DNA from: Rhodococcus sp. NPDC127527
GTDB lineage: Bacteria; Actinomycetota; Actinomycetes; Mycobacteriales; Mycobacteriaceae
NCBI RefSeq assembly: GCF_042672245.1
Contig: NZ_JBHXVP010000003.1
Coordinates: 58,013-82,012, forward strand
Length of the DNA stretch: 24,000 bases
Direction of reading: 5' to 3'
A program made the position numbers and the translations under genes. Of this stretch, positions 15,430-21,875 are shown in pieces; position 1 is the stretch's first letter; each line of letters starts with the position of its first letter. The notes under the pieces were generated by a model, which saw only the letters and a program-made list of their open reading frames with translations, was not told where the DNA came from and made no database searches.

Positions 15430-16101
15430 ATGAGCGAGAACCGCAAGTCCGGCCTGCGCCGTGGCGCCCGAATCGTCGGTGGCGCGGCCGTTGCGGCCGT
15501 TGCCGTCGGCCTGGTGTCCACGGGTGTGGCGGGTGCCGACACGTTCGTGCCGTTGCCGGACGGGTCGAAGACCACGCCGGGTGTGGTCGTCTCGCGTACG
15601 GGTGAGAGTGCGTTGATCTCGCCGTCGTTGGCGGCCAACGGTGCCGGTCGTACGGCGTGGGTGTCGGGCACGGTCACCGCGGACGTGTCGTCGATCGCCA
15701 AGGAGGGCGAGGTGGGTCCGTTCAACGGTGCGAAGAACGATCCGGGTACGAACAACTCGTCCACGCACGGGGTTTCGCGGATCAGCACCGGGTACATCGT
15801 GGGGTGCCAGGTGGACATCACGGGTCTGGGCGGGTCGTTCGGTGGCGGTATCGACCTGAACGGTCCGTCGTTGTCGGCGTCGTTGACGGTGCCGGTGTCG
15901 GCGGGTCAGGTGAAGTTCGTGAACGTGGCGGGCAAGGACATCAAGAAGAACGGCAAGTACTCGGTGCAGTTCCAGGACACCCAGTTGGAGATCCAGAACT
16001 GCGGCGGGTACGCCCAGGCCCGGTCCTACACCGTGGTGGAGATCGTGGGGGACAACTACTCCAAGACCACCCTGTACGGGCAGCCGTTCTCCATCGGCTG
16101 A
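15430..16101 (+). CDS. MspA-family porin, type A, copy 1 (223 aa)
   Basis: Signal peptide ending VAGA followed by DTFVPLPDG. Landmarks alignable to M. smegmatis MspA: WVSG (cf. WFHSGRAK), GYIVGCQ (cf. GYQIG), and C-terminal TLYGQPFSIG (cf. TTYGEPWNMN). GAGGGG RBS 5 nt upstream. Confidence 0.85.
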   Translation: MSENRKSGLRRGARIVGGAAVAAVAVGLVSTGVAGADTFVPLPDGSKTTPGVVVSRTGESALISPSLAANGAGRTAWVSGTVTADVSSIAKEGEVGPFNGAKNDPGTNNSSTHGVSRISTGYIVGCQVDITGLGGSFGGGIDLNGPSLSASLTVPVSAGQVKFVNVAGKDIKKNGKYSVQFQDTQLEIQNCGGYAQARSYTVVEIVGDNYSKTTLYGQPFSIG

Positions 16102-16153
16102 TCGCGGCTTCGCCGCCTGATATTCCGAAATCTGAACCCTCGAAAGGGAATTG

Positions 16154-16831
16154 ATGAACGCCAGCAAGACCGGCCTGCGTCGCGGGCTGCAGATCGCTTC
16201 CGTCGGTGCGGCCGCTGCCGTGGCCGTCGGCCTGTTCTCCGTCGGTGCCGCGAACGCGGACACGTTCGTGCCGTTGCCGGACGGCAGCATCTCCGAGACC
16301 CTGGTCGACGGGACGATCGTGAAGATCACCCGCACCGGCGAGTCGGCGAACGTGTCGCCGTCGTTGGGTGCGACGCCGTTGCACCGCAACGTGTGGGTGT
16401 CGGGTTCGGCGAAGGTCGAACTGATCGGCCCGAACGCCGACGGTGGCAAGATCGAGCCCGGCTACGTGGTGGGGTGCCAGCTGACCCTCGGTGGCAAGTC
16501 CGGTGCCGACTCGGGCATCGGGTCGAACTACGCGGGCGACAAGACCACCCAGTCGGCGAAGGGGTCGGGCACCGTCTCGATCGGACCGGGCCAGGCCGTG
16601 AACCACCGGCTGCTCGACCTGGAGAAGGCCGACGACTACGGTTCCGAGTCGCACTCGGGCGCCAACAGTTTCAAGGGCAAGGGCGGCAGCGTCACGTGGG
16701 CCGACGAGACCATTGCCGTCAACGGGTGCGCCGGCTACGCCCAGGCCCGCAACTACGTCAAGGTCACCGCGAACACCAAGAACGTCAACAGCACCATCAC
16801 CCTGTGGGGTCAGCCGTTCAGCATCGGCTGA
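16154..16831 (+). CDS. MspA-family porin, type B, copy 1 (225 aa)
   Basis: ATG at 16154 (RBS GAAAGGGA). Signal peptide ending ANA followed by DTFVPLPDG; HRNVWVSGSAK, GYVVGCQL, SIGPGQ (cf. MspA GNGPGIQ), GCAGYAQAR, TLWGQPFSIG. Starts 52 nt after the A1 stop. Confidence 0.85.
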   Translation: MNASKTGLRRGLQIASVGAAAAVAVGLFSVGAANADTFVPLPDGSISETLVDGTIVKITRTGESANVSPSLGATPLHRNVWVSGSAKVELIGPNADGGKIEPGYVVGCQLTLGGKSGADSGIGSNYAGDKTTQSAKGSGTVSIGPGQAVNHRLLDLEKADDYGSESHSGANSFKGKGGSVTWADETIAVNGCAGYAQARNYVKVTANTKNVNSTITLWGQPFSIG

Positions 16832-16911
16832 CCCATCGGTGACCTGAATCACTTACGGACGGAACGGGTTACGCTCACATGTGAGACCGATCACGATTCG
16901 ACCCCTCTTGC

Positions 16912-16954
16912 GAAGCCGGGGACCACGCGGAGAAACCCGCGGGTTCCCGGCTTC
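16912..16954 (+). terminator. Intrinsic terminator after porin pair 1
   Basis: 18-bp stem (one G-U pair, one bulged A) with a 6-nt loop: GAAGCCGGGGACCaCGCGG-agaaac-CCGCGGGTTCCCGGCTTC, followed by GTGGTGTTTCG. Confidence 0.7.
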
Positions 16955-17104
16955 GTGGTGTTTCGCCCCGTTCCCGCACAGTTAACGATGCGTAAAAGTG
17001 AGGTTCGCACCCTTTCGGACGTCCGTCCAAGGTTCTAGCTTTGCGGGGCAACCAAGCTCAGCCCCCGACCGCCGGGGCTGGGCCGACACCTGTGAGGGGT
17101 ACGA

Positions 17105-17776
17105 ATGAGTGAGATCAGGAAGTCCGGCCTGCGCCGCAGCACCCGAATCGGTGGTGTCGGCGCCGTTGCCGCCGTCGCGATCGCGCTGACGTCCACCGGC
17201 GCCGCGAGCGCCGACACCTTCGTCCCACTGCCCGACGGGCAGAAGGCGGGTCCGGGCGCGGTGGTGACGCGGACCGGCGAAAGTGCGTTGATCTCGCCGT
17301 CGTTGGCGGCCAACGGCGCGGGTCGCACGGCGTGGGTGTCGGGCACCGTCAGCGCGGACGTCACGGGTGTCGCCGAGGAAGGCGAGGTCGGTCCGTGGAA
17401 CGGTGCGACCAACGATCCGGGTACGAACAACTCGTCCACGCACGGGGTTTCGCGAATCAGCACGGGCTACATCGTCGGGTGTCAGGTCGACATCACCGGA
17501 CTGGGCGGTTCGCTCGGTGGCGGAATGGACCTGTCGGGTCCGTCGCTGTCGGCATCGATGACGGTGCCGGTCTCGGCCGGTCAGGTGAAGTTCGTGAACG
17601 TGGCGGGCAAGGACGTCAAGCGCAACGGCAAGTACTCGGTGCAGTACCAGGACACCCAGCTCGAGATCCAGAACTGCGGCGGCTACGCCCAGGCCCGGTC
17701 GTACACGGTGGTCGAGATCGTGGGCAACGACTACTCGAAGACCACCTTGTACGGGCAGCCGTTCAGCATCGGCTGA
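17105..17776 (+). CDS. MspA-family porin, type A, copy 2 (223 aa)
   Basis: Colinear with A1. Same signal-peptide architecture (ASA then DTFVPLPDG) and the same Cys positions (126 and 191). Confidence 0.85.
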   Translation: MSEIRKSGLRRSTRIGGVGAVAAVAIALTSTGAASADTFVPLPDGQKAGPGAVVTRTGESALISPSLAANGAGRTAWVSGTVSADVTGVAEEGEVGPWNGATNDPGTNNSSTHGVSRISTGYIVGCQVDITGLGGSLGGGMDLSGPSLSASMTVPVSAGQVKFVNVAGKDVKRNGKYSVQYQDTQLEIQNCGGYAQARSYTVVEIVGNDYSKTTLYGQPFSIG

Positions 17777-17852
17777 TCGGGTTCGGCTCGTCCAAGTCCT
17801 CGTTCACTTCCGTCTCGACTGATGTGAGACGGATTCCCCCAGAGGGGTTTTC

Positions 17853-18530
17853 ATGCGTACTTCCAACAAGAGCCTGCGTCGCGGGCTGCAGATCGCTTCC
17901 GTCGGTGCGGCCGCTGCCGTGGCCGTCGGCCTGTTCTCCGTCGGTGCCGCGAACGCGGACACCTTCGTACCGCTGCCCGACGGGTCGATCTCCAAGACCC
18001 TGGTCGACGGCACCGTGGTGACGGTGACCCGCACCGGTGAGTCGGCGACGGTGTCGCCGTCGATGGGGGCGACGCCATTGCATCGCAACGTGTGGGTGTC
18101 GGGATCGGCGAAGGTCGAGATCTCCGGACCGAACGCCGACGGCGGCAAGATCGAACCCGGCTACATCGTGGCCTGCCAGCTGACCCTCGGTGGAGAGGCG
18201 GGTACCGAGTCCGGGACGGGTGCGGGCTGGGACGGTACGCCGGGCGAGCCGTCCGCCGGGGGTACCGGCAACGTGTCGATCGGTCCCGGTCAGGCGCAGG
18301 CGTTTTCGGTGCTCGATCTCGAGGCGCCGGACGACTTCGGCGGGGAGTCGCACTCGGGTGAGAACTCGTTCACCGGCAACTCGGGTTCGGTGACGTGGGC
18401 GGACTCGACGATGGGTATCGACGGTTGTGCCGGGTACGCGCAGGCGCGGTCCTTCGTGAGGGTGAAGGTCAACACGGAGAACGTGTCGAGCACGGTCACC
18501 CTGTGGGGCCAGCCCTTCAGTATCGGCTAG
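17853..18530 (+). CDS. MspA-family porin, type B, copy 2 (225 aa), strongly acidic variant
   Basis: Colinear with B1 and identical to it over signal-peptide residues 8-35. AGAGGGG RBS. Starts 76 nt after the A2 stop. Confidence 0.85.
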   Translation: MRTSNKSLRRGLQIASVGAAAAVAVGLFSVGAANADTFVPLPDGSISKTLVDGTVVTVTRTGESATVSPSMGATPLHRNVWVSGSAKVEISGPNADGGKIEPGYIVACQLTLGGEAGTESGTGAGWDGTPGEPSAGGTGNVSIGPGQAQAFSVLDLEAPDDFGGESHSGENSFTGNSGSVTWADSTMGIDGCAGYAQARSFVRVKVNTENVSSTVTLWGQPFSIG

Positions 18531-18546
18531 GAATGCTCGAAACAGG

Positions 18547-18578
18547 CTGGGCCCGTACCGTTCTCGGTACGGGCCCAG
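18547..18578. terminator. Bidirectional terminator between porin B2 and the convergent mscL
   Basis: Perfect 14-bp stem CTGGGCCCGTACCG / CGGTACGGGCCCAG with loop TTCT. Confidence 0.7.
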
Positions 18579-18596
18579 GCCGGGTTCGAGGTGGGG

Positions 18597-18986
18597 CTAC
18601 TGCCTGCGGAGCGCCGGGCTCTCGGCCAGCAGGTCGCGAATCTCGCCGAGCAGCTCGTTGTCGGTGGCCGTCTCGACGACGGGCTTGCCGAACCGCTGCT
18701 TGGCGTGGTTGTACGGCATGATGAGCACGAAGTAGACGACCGCCGCGATGATCACGAAGTTGATTGCTGCGGTGAGAACCGCGCCGATGTTCACGAATGT
18801 CGCCGGATTGTCGGTGATCTGGAAGCCGAAGCCCATCTCGGCGCTGCCGATGGAGGCGATGAGCGGATTGACGATGTTGTTGGTGAAGGCGGTGACGATG
18901 GCGGTGAAGGCCGCGCCGATCACGACCGCTACCGCGAGGTCGAGCACGTCGCCCTTCATCAGGAAGTCCTTGAAACCCTTGAGCAT
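18597..18986 (-). CDS. mscL: Large-conductance mechanosensitive channel
   Basis: MLKGFKDFLMKGDVLDLAVAVVIGAAFTAIVTAFTNNIVNPLIA is the canonical MscL N-terminus. True ATG at 18984-18986; the longer ORF-track start is unlikely. Confidence 0.93.
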   Translation of the reverse strand: MLKGFKDFLMKGDVLDLAVAVVIGAAFTAIVTAFTNNIVNPLIASIGSAEMGFGFQITDNPATFVNIGAVLTAAINFVIIAAVVYFVLIMPYNHAKQRFGKPVVETATDNELLGEIRDLLAESPALRRQ

Positions 18987-19077
18987 GGTGTGGTCTCCAT
19001 TCCGTCGGCCGGTTGGTGAGCGTGGACAACGATGCCAGGAACCCTGATGGCTGTCGAGCGAGCTCACATCCGGTCGA

Positions 19078-19737
19078 TCAGTGGAAGGTGACGGCCAGCG
19101 CGCCGGTGAGTGAGGCCGCGGCCACCGTGGTGGCGGCCTCGACGGGAAGCGCCAGCATGACCACCCGATCACGGGTGTTGCGGCCGGATTCCTTCTCCGA
19201 CACCAGGACTACGGTGGCGCTCGACGCCAGGACCCGCGGATCGGTGGAACGATCGCCGCCGACCGTCAGCACGTCCACTCGGTCGCCGACCCGAAGCACG
19301 TCGGTGACCTCGGGATCTGCCAGCCGGATCGGGACCACTCGGGCCTCCGGGCCGCCGACGGCCGCCTCCGCGAGGCGGGGGCCGAGCAGGCGCACGTCGG
19401 TCATCGCTTCGCCGCTGCGGGCCGGGCCGGCTACGGTGTGCCCGATCGCGTCGCCGGGCGCACGGAGGGCGCCCGCCGGAACGAGGTCGGCATCCATCGG
19501 TGTCACCCGAAGGTCGGAGAAGACGAGGACCTGGCCCGGGGCCAGGTCGCGCGCGGCGGTGACCACGGGGACCTCGTCGGTCTCCCGGTCGCCGCGGATC
19601 AGCAGGAACAGTGCCATCAGCACCAGGACACCCGCCGCGATCCGGCGGGCGAGGGTCGTACGGGCCCAACCAGGTCTGGTCAGTCGCGCGAGGCGGTCGC
19701 CGTAGGTGCGGGACAGGGTGTCGCGTCGGCGTGGCAT
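19078..19737 (-). CDS. SAF-domain membrane-anchored protein (CpaB/RcpC-like N-terminal architecture; Rv0990c position)
   Basis: N-terminal TM helix IAAGVLVLMALFLLI followed by a SAF-like region VPVVTAARDLAPGQVLVFSDLRV. The 219-aa size and the position between ruc and mscL fit the Rv0990c locus. Confidence 0.7.
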   Translation of the reverse strand: MPRRRDTLSRTYGDRLARLTRPGWARTTLARRIAAGVLVLMALFLLIRGDRETDEVPVVTAARDLAPGQVLVFSDLRVTPMDADLVPAGALRAPGDAIGHTVAGPARSGEAMTDVRLLGPRLAEAAVGGPEARVVPIRLADPEVTDVLRVGDRVDVLTVGGDRSTDPRVLASSATVVLVSEKESGRNTRDRVVMLALPVEAATTVAAASLTGALAVTFH

Positions 19738-19824
19738 GAACTCACGCTAGGGCCGCCGGGGTGTCGTCCGGCCCGCGCCGGACCCGTCCTGTGGACGGCT
19801 CCGGCGGCTGTGGACAACCCGAAA

Positions 19825-20124
19825 CTAGCTGGTGGCGGCGCTTGCGGCGGGTGCGGGGGTGCTCGCCGGCGCGGCGGAGGACGAGTCGCTCTTTGCTGCC
19901 GCCGAGTCCGACTTCGTGCTCGCCGCCTCGCTGGCGGTGCTGCTGCCGCCGCGACTGTCGGTCCGGTAGAAGCCGCTGCCCTTGAACACGATGCCCACCG
20001 AGTTGAAGAGCTTGCGGAGCTTGCCCGAACATTGGGGGCAGACCGTCAGGGTGTCGTCGCTGAAGGACTGCACGATGTCGAAGCGGTTGCTGCATTCGGT
20101 ACAGGCATAGGAGTAGGTGGGCAC
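19825..20124 (-). CDS. ruc: FmdB-type zinc-ribbon protein with a disordered Ser/Ala-rich C-terminus; Rv0991c (Ruc redox-regulated chaperone)-like
   Basis: MPTYSYACTECSNRFDIVQSFSDDTLTVCPQCSGKLRKLF carries CxxC...CxxC, followed by a low-complexity S/A tail. GGAGGA RBS. Conserved position next to the 5-formyl-THF cyclo-ligase gene. Confidence 0.8.
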   Translation of the reverse strand: MPTYSYACTECSNRFDIVQSFSDDTLTVCPQCSGKLRKLFNSVGIVFKGSGFYRTDSRGGSSTASEAASTKSDSAAAKSDSSSAAPASTPAPAASAATS

Positions 20125-20176
20125 TGAAGGGTCCTCCGCACGGGGTACTCAGGCCTGGGTAGTGATACCGCAGGCA

Positions 20177-20203
20177 TTGGCACTTTACAGTCAAGAGTGC
20201 CAA
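20177..20203. promoter_or_regulatory. CIRCE-like HrcA operator TTGGCACTT-N9-GAGTGCCAA upstream of ruc
   Basis: Read directly. It matches the CIRCE consensus TTAGCACTC-N9-GAGTGCTAA at 15 of 18 arm positions with the exact 9-nt spacer, and lies 53-79 nt upstream of the ruc ATG. Confidence 0.65.
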
Positions 20204-20270
20204 CGCCGCTAATCAGCTGCGCATTCCCCTGGATTGACGCCGCCCTTGGTCGGGCCGGTGGTGGTGACCG

Positions 20271-20852
20271 TCACCGGAGGAGCTGCAGGCCGTGTCCGGG
20301 TGTCAGTGCCTCGTCCATCCGCACGTCGTGTGGGTCCTCGGGCAGCTCGTCGACCAGCTCCTCGTCGCGGACCACGGCGACCAGGCGGGCGGCGGGATCG
20401 GCCAGGTCGAGGCTGCGGTCGTAGAAGCCCGCGCCGCGGCCGAGTCGCACCCCTCGGCGGTCCACCGCCAGTGCAGGCACCAGCACCAGCGCTGCCTCAC
20501 CGATCGTCTCCGGCGAGAGGTGCCCCTCGGCTGGCTCGAGCAGTCCGAAGGAAGCCCGGACAAGGGAATCGCGGCCACGGTACGGCGCCCATCGCAGCGG
20601 GCCGGGCTCGCCGGCGACGGGCAGCAAGACCCTGCCGACGACCCGGTTCAGCGCCTCGACCATCTCGATCGACCCCGGTTCACGGCCCACCGGGACGTAG
20701 GCGCAGACCGTCGCAGACGGACCGGCAGCGGACCCCAGAGCGCGGGCCGCCGCGGCGATCGCACCGGCCTCGGCGGCGCGGACGTCCGGTTCGAGTGCCC
20801 GACGGTCCGCGAGCACCCGCTCCCGCCACTGCGCTTTCGTCAGTGTCGGCAC
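20271..20852 (-). CDS. 5-formyltetrahydrofolate cyclo-ligase (MTHFS; Rv0992c-like)
   Basis: 193 aa with a GTG start. KAQWRERVLADRRAL...VCAYVPVGREPGS...LLPV...GFYDRSL is typical of the 5-FTHF cyclo-ligase family. Confidence 0.82.
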   Translation of the reverse strand: MPTLTKAQWRERVLADRRALEPDVRAAEAGAIAAAARALGSAAGPSATVCAYVPVGREPGSIEMVEALNRVVGRVLLPVAGEPGPLRWAPYRGRDSLVRASFGLLEPAEGHLSPETIGEAALVLVPALAVDRRGVRLGRGAGFYDRSLDLADPAARLVAVVRDEELVDELPEDPHDVRMDEALTPGHGLQLLR

Positions 20853-20931
20853 GGCAAGGTCTCGGTCGTTCGGATCATTCCGCTAACCCTAGGACTCAGT
20901 GTCGACACCGCCGATGGATAGGGTGTGTGCC

Positions 20932-21852
20932 ATGACAGAGCTCGGCACCAATCAGACCAGGGCATTCCGCACGGCGATCGTGCCTGCGGCGGGACTCGGT
21001 ACCCGGTTCCTGCCCGCGACGAAGACGGTGCCCAAGGAGCTGCTGCCGGTCGTCGACACCCCCGGCATCGAACTCGTGGCCGGTGAGGCAGCCGATTCGG
21101 GCGCCTCGCGGCTGGTGATCGTGACCTCCGAGGGCAAGGACGGGGTCGTCGCGCACTTCGTCGAGGATCTCGTGCTCGAGAGCAAGCTCGAGGCGAGTGG
21201 AAAGTCGCACCTGCTCGAGAAGGTGCGGAAGGCGCAGGGCCTGCTCGCGGTGGAGTCGGTGGTCCAGGACGAACCGCTCGGCCTCGGTCACGCTGTCGGG
21301 TGCGTGGAGTCGGTGCTCGACGACGACGAGGACGCCGTCGCGGTGTTGCTTCCGGACGACCTCGTGATGCCTCGCGGGGTCCTCGAGACGATGGCCCGTG
21401 TGCGTGCCAAGTGCGGCGGCAGTGTGCTGTGCGCGATCGACGTTCCCAAGGACCAGGTGAGCGCCTACGGCGTCTTCGAGGTCGAGGTAGAGCCGGGCGC
21501 GACGAACCCCGACGTGCTCAAGGTCACCGGGATGGTCGAGAAGCCCAAGCCGGAGGACGCGCCGTCGACGTTCGCGGCGGCGGGCCGCTACCTGCTTGAC
21601 CGTGCGATCTTCGACGCGCTGCGCCGGATCACGCCGGGGCAGGGCGGCGAGTTGCAGTTGACGGATGCGATCGCGCTGCTGATCGCGGAGGGGCACCCGA
21701 TGCACGTGGTCGTGCACCGTGGAGGGAGACACGACCTCGGAAATCCCGGCGGCTACCTGCGGGCTGCGGTTGACTTTGCGCTCGACAGCGAAGAATACGG
21801 TCCGTCGCTGCGCGAGTGGCTCGTGCAGCGATTGCAGCAGACGGGTCGGTAG
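20932..21852 (+). CDS. galU: UTP--glucose-1-phosphate uridylyltransferase
   Basis: AIVPAAGLGTRFLPATKTVPKELLPVVDTPGIELVA...VVAHFVEDLVLE...LLPDDLV...GMVEKPK...AAAGRYLLDRAIFDALRRI is near-identical to M. tuberculosis GalU as remembered. Start chosen at the ATG at 20932 (MTELGTNQ) by alignment. Confidence 0.92.
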   Translation: MTELGTNQTRAFRTAIVPAAGLGTRFLPATKTVPKELLPVVDTPGIELVAGEAADSGASRLVIVTSEGKDGVVAHFVEDLVLESKLEASGKSHLLEKVRKAQGLLAVESVVQDEPLGLGHAVGCVESVLDDDEDAVAVLLPDDLVMPRGVLETMARVRAKCGGSVLCAIDVPKDQVSAYGVFEVEVEPGATNPDVLKVTGMVEKPKPEDAPSTFAAAGRYLLDRAIFDALRRITPGQGGELQLTDAIALLIAEGHPMHVVVHRGGRHDLGNPGGYLRAAVDFALDSEEYGPSLREWLVQRLQQTGR

Positions 21853-21875
21853 TGGGGTCGGGAGGCAGTGACTAC

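Larger units (their letters stand above)
15419..18530 (+). repeat. Tandem duplication of a two-gene porin cassette: copy 1 about 15419-16831, copy 2 about 17094-18530
   Basis: A1/A2 and B1/B2 are colinear without indels at the protein level. The RBS contexts match (TGAGGGGaACGAATGAG vs TGAGGGGtACGAATGAG). Long perfectly identical nucleotide runs are listed under findings. Confidence 0.9.

Noticed and set aside
15430-18530. Porin block as a mobile genetic island
   Set aside because: There is no integrase, transposase, tRNA attachment site or flanking direct or inverted repeats. The coding parts have the same GC and codon bias as the neighbouring genes. A local tandem duplication is the simpler explanation.
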